Assembly: GCA_963724295.1 (NCBI GenBank)
Contig: CAVRUC010000001.1
Span: 159,822 to 223,821 of the forward strand
Length of the DNA: 64,000 nucleotides
DNA from: an uncultured Chloroflexia bacterium
Lineage (GTDB): Bacteria; Chloroflexota; Chloroflexia; Thermomicrobiales; UBA6265
Direction of reading: 5' to 3'
The notes under the pieces were generated by a model, which searched no databases, was not told where the DNA came from, and saw only the letters and a program-made list of their open reading frames with translations. Below are positions 55,152-62,972 of the stretch, in pieces (the first letter of the stretch is position 1; every line of letters starts with the position of its first letter). The translations under genes and the position numbers were made by a program.

Positions 55152-56059
55152 GCGAATCCGCGACGCGACGAGATCTCCTCGACCTTCCTGCCATCAATCC
55201 CGCCTCCCGCATCCCGGCCTCGCGCCGGGACTGGATGCGCCTCATGAGCGAGCTCGGCATCCGGCCCAACAAGGGGCTCGGGCAGCACTTTCTCTTCGAG
55301 CGCGGGCTGGTCGAGCGCATGGTCCGTCAGGCCGGTGTCACCGAGCGCGACACCGTGCTGGAGATCGGTCCCGGTCTGGGGATTCTCACCTCGGAGCTGC
55401 TGCGCAAGGCGCGTCGCGTCGTCGCCGTCGAGCTCGATCGCTCGCTGATCGCGCACCTGGAAACCGCGTTCGGCGACGTCCCCGGGTTCGAGCTGGTGCC
55501 GGGCAACGCCCTGTCGCTCTCCGCCGACGAGCTCTTCGCGCCCGGCGAGCCGTTCGACGTCGTCGCCAACCTCCCCTATTCCGCCGGCACCGCCATCCTG
55601 CGCCATCTGCTCGAGCAACCGCGCAAACCGCGCCGTCTCACCGTCATGCTGCAGAAGGAGGTCGCCGACCGCCTCACCGCTCAGCCTCCCGACATGAGCG
55701 TGCTCGGCGTCGCCACGCAGTTCTTCGCCGAGCCGCGGCTGGCGTTCACCGTCTCGCCGGAGGTCTTCATCCCGCCGCCCAAGGTCGAGTCCGCCGTCGT
55801 CATCCTCGAGGTGCGCGACGAACCTCCCCTGCCCGCCGAGCTGCAGCCGTTGTTCTTCAAGCTCGTCAACGCGGGGTTCCGCCAGAAGCGCAAGCAGGTC
55901 GCCAACTCGATCGCCGACGTCCTTCAGCTCCCCAAGCCGGGCATCGCGGAGTGGCTCTCCGCGTCTGGCGTCGATCCGATGCGCCGGGCCGAGACCCTTT
56001 CCGTCGACGAATGGGTGACGCTGGCGAAGTCCGCTCCGGCGGACGTCGTCGCGGCGTGA
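55148..56059 (+). CDS. rsmA: 16S rRNA (adenine1518-N6/adenine1519-N6)-dimethyltransferase
   Basis: GIRPNKGLGQHFLFERGLVERMV...VLEIGPGLGILTSELL...VANLPYS. GTG 55148 overlaps the selD stop (GTGA). An alternative ATG lies at 55235. The track ORF 54014..56059 is an out-of-gene upstream extension. Confidence 0.9.
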   Translation: MSESATRRDLLDLPAINPASRIPASRRDWMRLMSELGIRPNKGLGQHFLFERGLVERMVRQAGVTERDTVLEIGPGLGILTSELLRKARRVVAVELDRSLIAHLETAFGDVPGFELVPGNALSLSADELFAPGEPFDVVANLPYSAGTAILRHLLEQPRKPRRLTVMLQKEVADRLTAQPPDMSVLGVATQFFAEPRLAFTVSPEVFIPPPKVESAVVILEVRDEPPLPAELQPLFFKLVNAGFRQKRKQVANSIADVLQLPKPGIAEWLSASGVDPMRRAETLSVDEWVTLAKSAPADVVAA

Positions 56060-56201
56060 TCCCATACCGCAACACTGTAAGCGTGTCATGCTGGGGAACG
56101 AACGTGCACGTGCAGCATCTCGGCTAAGAGCGCGTTGTACAGCAACCCAGCGTGTTGAAAAAGCCGGTGGCGAGATCGCGGTCCATCGGCGAGTTCGGGG
56201 A

Positions 56202-56229
56202 TTGACAGCCCTGGCCACTCGCGTACTGT
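56202..56229 (+). promoter_or_regulatory. Candidate sigma-70 promoter for the serine hydrolase gene
   Basis: TTGACA (56202-56207), 16 nt, TACTGT (56224-56229). The RBS GGAAGGAG precedes ATG 56303. Confidence 0.4.
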
Positions 56230-56302
56230 TGGCGCGCACACAGGCTGCGCCGGCGGCACGGCAGTCGACGCCGGCGCGATTGCGGAAGGAGATGCGTCGC
56301 TC

Positions 56303-57709
56303 ATGCCTCACGCACGTCACGTCAGAAGCGCCGGCATCACGTCGCGACGCGCGGTGCTGGCCGGTGGCGCCAGTGTCGCCGCGGCATTCCTGGCGGCTGC
56401 CGCTCCCCACGCGCAGGCGCAGGACGGAACCCCGGAGGCGAGCGCGACGACCGGGCCGCCTTTCCCTCCCGACGAGCAACTCGCCCTGGACCAGATCGTC
56501 GCCTCGCGGGTGGGCGGGCAGATGGTCCCGGGCGCGGTGGCCGGCGTCGCCATCCCGGGGCGCGGCTCCTGGGTTTATGCGCAAGGGATCGCCGATCTGC
56601 GCACCGCCGCCCCGATCGCCACGGACGACCACTTCCGCATCGCCAGCGTCAGCAAGACCTTCACCGCGACGGTGATCCTGCAGCTGGTCGACGAAGGCAA
56701 GCTCGCGCTCGACGATACCCTCGAGCCGTACGTGCCGGGGATCCCGAACGGGTCTGAGATCACCATCCGGCAGGTCCTGCAGATGACCGCCGGCATTTTC
56801 GACTACTCCCTGGACGAGCAGGTCGTGGTCGACTACGACCGCGACCCGACGATCCTGATCACCCCCGAGGACGTCATCGCCATCGTCGATCGGCACGGGC
56901 CGGACTTCGCCCCCGGTGCCTCGCTCAGCTACTCGGACACGAACTACTTCCTGCTCGGCCTGGTCATCGAGAAGGTGACCGGGATGGGTGCCGTCCAGGC
57001 CCTCCAGGAGTACGTCTTCACCCCGCTCGGTTTGACCGAGACGAGCCTGCCGGACACTCCGGAGATGCCCGCGCCGTTCGCCCGCGGCTACATCGCGACC
57101 TCGGCGACGGACGACACGTTGCGGGACGTCACGTTGAGCAACCCGCTCACGGCCTGGACCGCCGGCGGCATCGTCTCGACGCTGGCCGACCTCCTGGTCT
57201 GGGCGGAGGCGCTGGGGGCGGGGACGTTGCTCACGCCGGAGACGCAGCGCGAGCGGCTGCGCTTCGAGCCCGTCCCCGGCGGCTCTCGGCTGCCGGTTAG
57301 CTACGGGCTGGGCATCATGGATGTGGCCGGATTCGTCGGGCACAACGGGGCCATCTACGGCTACAGCACCTGGATCCTCTACGACCCCGAGAGCCAGGGC
57401 TCGCTCGTGGTGCTGGCCAACCGCGGCGAGCTGACGACGGAGTATGCCGCGGCGATCGCCGTCGACATCATCGAGTTGCTCTTCCCGGGGCGGATCGAGG
57501 CGGCGCTGGCCGCTCCGCCGCCGGGGACGCCTGGTGCCGTAACGCCGCCTGTGATGGCCATTCGCCCGGCAGAATACGAGTTCGTCCCGCGCCGCTCCCT
57601 GCCCCGGAGCGCGCCATGCTCGGTCCCGCCAAGGCCCGCCGCCTCGACGCACCGATCGCCGTCTCGCTGGTCGACCTCGTCCCGGCCGATAACCTCTACC
57701 GGCACGTGA
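56303..57709 (+). CDS. Serine hydrolase (beta-lactamase / D-Ala-D-Ala carboxypeptidase-related) with a Tat-type signal. The 3' end probably runs into an IS remnant.
   Basis: Signal SRRAVLAGGASVAAAFLAAAAPHAQA and SxxK motif FRIASVSKTFTA; ...YSDTNYFLLG...GHNGAIYGY. The last ~50 codons (from about 57550) are low-complexity and overlap transposase-like sequence in another frame. Confidence 0.8.
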   Translation: MPHARHVRSAGITSRRAVLAGGASVAAAFLAAAAPHAQAQDGTPEASATTGPPFPPDEQLALDQIVASRVGGQMVPGAVAGVAIPGRGSWVYAQGIADLRTAAPIATDDHFRIASVSKTFTATVILQLVDEGKLALDDTLEPYVPGIPNGSEITIRQVLQMTAGIFDYSLDEQVVVDYDRDPTILITPEDVIAIVDRHGPDFAPGASLSYSDTNYFLLGLVIEKVTGMGAVQALQEYVFTPLGLTETSLPDTPEMPAPFARGYIATSATDDTLRDVTLSNPLTAWTAGGIVSTLADLLVWAEALGAGTLLTPETQRERLRFEPVPGGSRLPVSYGLGIMDVAGFVGHNGAIYGYSTWILYDPESQGSLVVLANRGELTTEYAAAIAVDIIELLFPGRIEAALAAPPPGTPGAVTPPVMAIRPAEYEFVPRRSLPRSAPCSVPPRPAASTHRSPSRWSTSSRPITSTGT

Positions 57710-57909
57710 AGGCGACGCTTGATCTGTCGTTTGTGCGCGAGTCGGTTGATGAATACCGTTGCCCGGAGGGACAGATCCTCCGTCGCTATGCGACCAAACG
57801 CACCGAGGGCGTAGTGGCGTACCGAGGTGAGGCGACCATCTGCAATGCCTGCCCGGTCAAGGCCAAGTGCACCACCAGCGACCACGGGCGCAAGGTGCAG
57901 CGCCTGGAA
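57616..57909 (+). mobile_element. IS1182/IS5-like transposase remnant with an internal deletion of the DDE core
   Basis: The N-terminal transposase motif APIAVSLVDLVPADNLYRHVKATLDLSFVRE is joined directly (near 57757) to the C-terminal motif YRCPEGQILRRY...YRGEATICNACPVKAKCTTSDHGRKVQR. No catalytic region is present. Confidence 0.6.
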
Positions 57910-58047
57910 ACTCCGTGCAGCAACGGGTTCGTACTTGCCCGGCAGCACGCACGCGGGGGTCGCGGCACGATATTGCAACACGCTCGAACTCTGCTATCTG
58001 TTGCAATACACCGAAATCCTTCGACCGCGGCACAAAATGACACCTCG

Positions 58048-58938
58048 TTGCGTGACACCACGGAATCTGGCGAACGGCACGTCGGCATCGGCGCCCCGGC
58101 CAAGCTGAATCTCGGTCTGGAGGTCATCGGCCGCCGCGACGACGGCTTTCACGAGATCGCCACCATCTTCTTACCATCGATCTCTACGATCGCCTCACCC
58201 TGTCGCCGGCCGATGACCTGGAGCTGAGCTGTGACGACGATTCGCTGGCCGGCACGGACAATCTCGCTCTGCGCGCGCTCGACCTCTTACGCGATGAGAC
58301 GAGCTACTCTGGCGGCGCCCGCATTCACCTCCGCAAGCGCATCCCCTCGCGGCCGGTCTCGGCGGGGCGTCGAGCGACGCCGCCGCGGCACTTCTCGGCG
58401 GACGCGAGCTCTGGCAGCTGGACCTGAGCGACGCCGAGCTCCACGATCTCGCCGCCCGTCTCGGCAGCGACGTCCCCTTCTTTCTGCGCGGTGGCTGCGC
58501 CATCGGGCGCGGCCGCGGCGATCGTCTCGAGCCGCTGCCGTTTCCCCCGGATTGCTGGTTCGTGGTCGTCGTGCCGGACGTGCAGATCCCGGCCAAGACC
58601 GCCAGCCTCTACGCGCGCCTGCGTCCGGAGGACTTCAGCGACGGCTCCCGCATAGCCGCCCAGGCCGCGCGCCTGCGATCTGGTCAGGCCCTTGACCCGA
58701 CCCTGCTCGGGAACGCCTTCGCCCGCCCCCTCTACGCCATCGCCCCCGAGCTGGCCGCCCTACCGGACACCATGCGTGACGCCGGCGCCGAATCGGTCGC
58801 CATTTCCGGTGCCGGCCCCACGCACTACGCGCTTACTCACCGATGAGCCCAGGCCGAAAGCTCGCGGCACGTCTCCGCGAGCGACTCGGGGACCGCGCTC
58901 AGGTCTTCGTCTCCAGACCCGCGCCACCTCAGTCCTGA
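58048..58938 (+). pseudogene. ispE: 4-diphosphocytidyl-2-C-methyl-D-erythritol kinase, reading frame broken at least 3-4 times
   Basis: Frame 1 (TTG 58048): ..GIGAPAKLNLGLEVIGRRDDGFHEIATIF. Frame 2 from about 58173: TIDLYDRLTLSPADDLELSCDDDSLAGTDNLALRALDLLR...[11 protein letters not shown]. Frame 3 from about 58350: [22 protein letters not shown]...[20 protein letters not shown]...[11 protein letters not shown]. The tail ..KLAARLRERLGDRAQVFVSRPA lies in yet another frame and ends at TGA 58936-58938. Confidence 0.8.
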
Positions 58939-58960
58939 CCGTCCAGACCGGTATAGTTGG

Positions 58961-59095
58961 GTGAACGAGGGTGATGGGTGATGGGTGGCGGGGTCGCGGG
59001 TGGCAGGGTGGCAGGGTGGCAGGAGAGCGATAACCCCGCCACCCTGCCCACCACGAGCGCAGCGAGTAATCACCCCGCCACCCATCACCGTGAGC
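58961..59095. repeat. Large palindromic intergenic element, family B, with tandem 7-8-mers
   Basis: GGTGATGGGTGGCGGGGT (left arm) pairs with ACCCCGCCACCCATCACC (59069-59089). GGGTGGCA occurs three times at 58998-59021 and pairs with GCCACCCTGCCCACC (59038-59052). It contains the 22-nt core at 59054-59075 shared with 42249/42301. Confidence 0.8.
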
Positions 59096-59110
59096 GAGCG
59101 CTACAACCCC

Positions 59111-60517
59111 ATGATGATCCAGCCCCAAGCACTGATCAAAGGGCGCTATCGCGTCGGCCGTCGCCTCGGTGAGGGCGGGATGGCGATCGTCTACCTCGGT
59201 CACGATCTCTTGCTTGGCCGGGACGTGGCGATCAAGACACCCCGGCCGCAGTTCTCCGCCGACCCCGGCTTCCGCGCCCGCTTCGAACGCGAGGCGCGCG
59301 CCGCCGCTTCCCTCTCCCACCCGAACATCATCGACGTCTATGACGTTGGCGAGGACGAGGGCACACCCTTCATCGTCATGGAGCTCGTGCGCGGGCAGTC
59401 GCTGAAAGAGATCATCGCCGCCGACGCTCCGTTCCATCCCGACGACGTGGCCGAGCTGCTGGAGCAGATCGGAGGCGCCCTCGACTACGCCCATGTCAGA
59501 GGTTATGTCCACCGCGACATCAAACCGGGCAACATCCTCGTCGACGCCCACGGCCGGGCCAGGCTGGTCGATTTCGGCATCGCCAAGGGGCTGGCCGATG
59601 GCGACCTGACGGAAGCCGGCGAGAGCCTCGGCACCGTCGGCTACCTCTCGCCCGAGCAGGCCGCCGGGCTGATGGCCACCCCCGCCTCCGATGTCTACTC
59701 GGTCGGTGTGGTGGCCTTCGAGATGCTGACCGGCGAGCTCCCCTTCGCCGCGGAGACGCCCGTCGGCGTGGCCATGCGCCACGTCAACGATCCCGCGCCG
59801 CGCCCGTCACAGGTCGTGCCGGGGCTGCCGCCGCAGGTCGACCCCATCATCCTCCGCGCACTGGCCAAAGACCCAACGAAGCGCTGGGGCTCAGCCGGCG
59901 CCTTCGCCCGCGCCCTGCGCGGCTGGCGGATCACCGCTCCGCCCCAACCGGTGACGCGCGCCCCTCAGGAACGAGCGCTTGCACGTGAAGCGCCGCCACC
60001 GGCGCGCGGCAGCCTGGCGCCGACGATAATCATCGTCATCCTGGTCCTCGCCGCGCTCGGGGCACTGCTCTGGAACGGGTTCCAGAACCTGCCGGATCCC
60101 GTCGAGCCGACGCCTTCATCGGTTGTCGTACCGGAGGCGCCGGTCATTACCGGCGGCATCGATGACGAGCCGGCGAACGGCGACGGGCTCGCGCCGCAGA
60201 TCGTTCCCGCGGATCAGCAGCTCCCCGACCCGGCGCCGACGACCGACACCGGACAAACCGTGCCGACGATTGCCCCGGTCGGCGAAGCGGCGGTCGTCGT
60301 TCCCAATCTCCAGGGTCTGACCATCGGCGGTTCAATGGGAGTCGTGCTGCCGCTCGACCTGCGCCTGGTCCCGGATCAGCCGGTCTACTCCGACACCGTC
60401 CCGATGAATGCGGTGGTCGCCCAGGATCCCCCTCCAGGGACGCGGGTGGCGCCTGGCACCGCCATCCGGGTCTCGCTCAGCCGCGGACCATCGCCGTTTG
60501 CCGCCGGTCAGCCGTGA
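59111..60517 (+). CDS. Ser/Thr protein kinase with TM segment and C-terminal PASTA domain (PknB-like)
   Basis: YRVGRRLGEGGMAIVYLGHD..VAIK; HRDIKPGNILV; DFGIAK; SPEQ. TM IIIVILVLAALGALLW. PASTA-like VVPNLQGLTIGGS...VVAQDPPPGTRVAPGTAIRVSLSRGP. Confidence 0.9.
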   Translation: MMIQPQALIKGRYRVGRRLGEGGMAIVYLGHDLLLGRDVAIKTPRPQFSADPGFRARFEREARAAASLSHPNIIDVYDVGEDEGTPFIVMELVRGQSLKEIIAADAPFHPDDVAELLEQIGGALDYAHVRGYVHRDIKPGNILVDAHGRARLVDFGIAKGLADGDLTEAGESLGTVGYLSPEQAAGLMATPASDVYSVGVVAFEMLTGELPFAAETPVGVAMRHVNDPAPRPSQVVPGLPPQVDPIILRALAKDPTKRWGSAGAFARALRGWRITAPPQPVTRAPQERALAREAPPPARGSLAPTIIIVILVLAALGALLWNGFQNLPDPVEPTPSSVVVPEAPVITGGIDDEPANGDGLAPQIVPADQQLPDPAPTTDTGQTVPTIAPVGEAAVVVPNLQGLTIGGSMGVVLPLDLRLVPDQPVYSDTVPMNAVVAQDPPPGTRVAPGTAIRVSLSRGPSPFAAGQP

Positions 60518-61581
60518 CCGACGCGGCGCGTTCCAGCTCCTCGAACTTGAACTGGCGCGAGATCGTCACAACCGCCGTCCTCGTCTTCCTCGTCGTCGTC
60601 GCGGGATCTGTCGCCGCGTTCACGTTCTGGCTCCGGGAGCTCGCCGCTCCACAGGTCGTGCTCCTCGGTTCAGGGAACCGGCTCTCGCTCCTCGTCACCG
60701 ATGGACCGGCGCGCTTGCTGCTGGCCACCGGCGATAGCCCCATCGACTACGAGAATGCGCTGACCCACGTTCGCCCCATCTTCGCCCGGCGCGTCGACGT
60801 CCTGCTCGTCGCCGGCAGCGGCAGCACGCTGCTCGTTCCCCTTGCCGCCCACGGCGACTCGCACGTCCGCAACGCGACCGCGCTGGCGCCGCTGCCGCGC
60901 TCGCCCGAAGCCGATGCCATCGGCGCGATCCCGTCGTTCTCGTCGCCGCAACACATTCGTCTCGGGTCTTCGATCGAGGTGACCGTCGAGACCGCCCTCC
61001 CCTTCGGCGCGGATGCCGATGCCGACTTTCCGGCCTGGCGGGCAACCGTCCAGCATGGTGAGACGCGGATCGTGGTGCTCTCCGACGGTCCTGCGGCGTC
61101 GCTCTTCCCTCCCCCCAGTGGGCCGTCCGTCCTGGCGGTTTCCGGCGCCGATCCGGCCGCGGCATGGGATCTCTCACCGGCTGTCGCGTTCGTGGCAAAT
61201 TCGGAGATGATCGGCGGCCCCGAGATGCGGGCCGCGTTCACCGAGAGCAGCCGCTCGCCGCAATGGGGTTACCGCGTCTTCCCCGGGGAAGCGCTACGCC
61301 TGAGATTCGTCGCCGGTGGCGTGGAGCTGCCGTCCGAACCGGCGCACGATCTGGCGGGGACGCCGTCAGACGCCGCGATCATCGCTGTAGCTCAGATGAC
61401 CGCTCGTGTCATCCCGAGGAACGAGGGATCTCGTCGCTTTATCGCAGACCCATGTGCAGCGACGAGATTCCTCGCTGCGGCTCGGAATGACACTGGTTGC
61501 GCACGGCTGTCTACCCGGGCCGAGCCGAGCCGGCGAATCAGGCGCCGCGAGCCGCCTTCGCCCGCGCGAACTCATCCTTGA
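60514..61581 (+). CDS. Membrane-anchored hypothetical protein (degenerate MBL/ComEC-C-like?). The 3' part runs through a palindromic repeat.
   Basis: GTG 60514 overlaps the kinase stop (GTGA). N-terminal TM VTTAVLVFLVVVAGSVAAF. The C-terminal ~60 codons (61400-61581) coincide with the repeat and are low-complexity, so the true stop is uncertain. Confidence 0.5.
   Translation: MTDAARSSSSNLNWREIVTTAVLVFLVVVAGSVAAFTFWLRELAAPQVVLLGSGNRLSLLVTDGPARLLLATGDSPIDYENALTHVRPIFARRVDVLLVAGSGSTLLVPLAAHGDSHVRNATALAPLPRSPEADAIGAIPSFSSPQHIRLGSSIEVTVETALPFGADADADFPAWRATVQHGETRIVVLSDGPAASLFPPPSGPSVLAVSGADPAAAWDLSPAVAFVANSEMIGGPEMRAAFTESSRSPQWGYRVFPGEALRLRFVAGGVELPSEPAHDLAGTPSDAAIIAVAQMTARVIPRNEGSRRFIADPCAATRFLAAARNDTGCARLSTRAEPSRRIRRREPPSPARTHP
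61407..61493. repeat. Imperfect palindromic repeat related to family B (AGCGAG-type core)
   Basis: Left arm GTGTCATCCCGAGGAACGAGGGATCTCGTCGC (61407-61437) and right arm GCGACGAGATTCCTCGCTGCGGCTCGGAATGACAC (61459-61493). The arms pair with two mismatches plus a short internal asymmetry. Confidence 0.65.
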
Positions 61582-62770
61582 CCGACGCCAGCAGGTCCTG
61601 GTCGACGATCAGGTCGATACCGGTGAGCGCCATCGCCCGCGCCACGGCCAGGGTGTTGGCATAGCCCATCTCGGAATCCGCCGCCTGCACGACTTCCTGC
61701 GAGTGCCAGGTGCAGACGTGGTCGATGATCGGATACGAGGTCTCCACCGACGGCACCTCGTAGCTGACGTTGGCCCAATCGGTCGATCCCGTGCCCGGTT
61801 CCGCCTTTGCCGGCGGCAGCTGCAATCCGACCGCGTCGAGGTGCTGGCCGAGCCGGGACGCCATCGGGTAGTTGGTGATCATGTCCGCGTCCGGCTCTTC
61901 CGGCATCTCGAACTCGAGTGAGGCGCCGGTGATCAGCGCCGCGCCCTCGGCGATCCGCCGCACCTTCTCCACCAGCTCGTTCATCCCGGCCAGCGTGGCC
62001 GCGCGGACGAAGAATTCGGCCTGCGCGAAATCGGGCACCACGTTCGGCACGTCCCCGCCGTGGGTGATGATCCCGTGGATGCGCGCGTCGGCGGTGATGT
62101 GCTGGCGCAGGGCATTGATCCCGTTGAAGACCTCGATAACCGCGTTCAGCGCGTTGATGCCGTTGAAGGGATCGGCGGCGGCGTGCGCCGCTCGCCCGTG
62201 AAAGCCGATCTTGACCAGCACGCAGGCCAGCGATTGACCGCTCCCCTCCACCGTCGGACAGGTCGCTTCAGAGGTCCCGGGATGAGCACCCAGCGCGGCG
62301 TCGATGCCCGCGAATACCCCCGCCTTGGCCATGATCACCTTGCCGCCGACCGCTTCCTCGGCCGGTGTGCCAAAGACGTCGACCCGGCCCCTACCACCGA
62401 GATGCGGCAACGCCGCGGCAAGCCCTAAACCGGCGCCAATACCGGCGATGGCGATCAGATTGTGACCGCAGCCGTGACCCACACCGGGCAGGGCGTCATA
62501 TTCGCTGAGGTAGGCGATGCGCGGCTGACCCGTTCCCACCGACGCGGCAAATGCCGTCGGCAGCTCCGCGACCCCGCGCTCGACGGTGAATCCACGCTGC
62601 TCGAGAAAGTCGGCGCAAGCGGCGCTCGAGCGCACCTCTTCCAACGCGATCTCGGGATTGTCATGGATGAATTTCGAGAGCGCGATCAGATCGCCGGCGG
62701 CATCGTCGATGGCGCGCACCGCCGCTGCCTGCGCCGCTGTCAGATCAATATCCTGGATCGTGGCCGTCAA
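61538..62770 (-). CDS. M20 family amidohydrolase (M20D / AbgB-like)
   Basis: 410 aa; FIHDNPEIALEEVRSSA...RIAYLSEYDALPGVGHGCGHNLIA...GTPAEE. Confidence 0.85.
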   Translation of the reverse strand: MTATIQDIDLTAAQAAAVRAIDDAAGDLIALSKFIHDNPEIALEEVRSSAACADFLEQRGFTVERGVAELPTAFAASVGTGQPRIAYLSEYDALPGVGHGCGHNLIAIAGIGAGLGLAAALPHLGGRGRVDVFGTPAEEAVGGKVIMAKAGVFAGIDAALGAHPGTSEATCPTVEGSGQSLACVLVKIGFHGRAAHAAADPFNGINALNAVIEVFNGINALRQHITADARIHGIITHGGDVPNVVPDFAQAEFFVRAATLAGMNELVEKVRRIAEGAALITGASLEFEMPEEPDADMITNYPMASRLGQHLDAVGLQLPPAKAEPGTGSTDWANVSYEVPSVETSYPIIDHVCTWHSQEVVQAADSEMGYANTLAVARAMALTGIDLIVDQDLLASVKDEFARAKAARGA

Positions 62771-62835
62771 CGGGCCCTCCTTCGTCAGTCAACCATTTCT
62801 GGAATGTTACCGCTCAACCGCGCCGGAAACGATCG

Positions 62836-62935
62836 CCCCACGCAGGAAAACCCCCTCTCCCTGCGCACAGGGCGGGTACCCGCAGAGCGGGTGGCGGCCA
62901 GGGGGTGAGGGCCATCGCGGGCTGAGGGCACGGCG
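62836..62935. repeat. GC-rich palindromic intergenic repeat, family A
   Basis: CCCCCTCTCCCTGCGCACAGGGCGGG...CGCAGAGCGGG...GGCCAGGGGGTGAGGG (62896-62911), similar to the box at 4125-4140. Confidence 0.6.
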
Positions 62936-62972
62936 CCCCAATCCTCAGGATCTCTCAATACACGGAATATTG

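Noticed and set aside
54014-56059. 681-aa plus-strand ORF spanning selD and rsmA.
   Set aside because: Only the part from GTG 55148 is real (RsmA motifs). The first 378 codons are an out-of-frame read over selD with Arg/Pro/Gly-rich nonsense composition.
55052-57652. 866-aa minus-strand ORF, the longest ORF in the track.
   Set aside because: It lies antisense to rsmA and the serine hydrolase and runs straight through their intergenic promoter region. Its composition is dominated by R/G/D/A/P, as expected for the antisense frame of high-GC coding DNA. It has no recognisable motif.
58975-59025. Tandem GGTGATG and GGGTGGCA units, considered as a possible CRISPR array or microsatellite.
   Set aside because: There are only 2-3 very short units with no spacers. 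They form one arm of a larger palindrome that pairs with 59038-59090.
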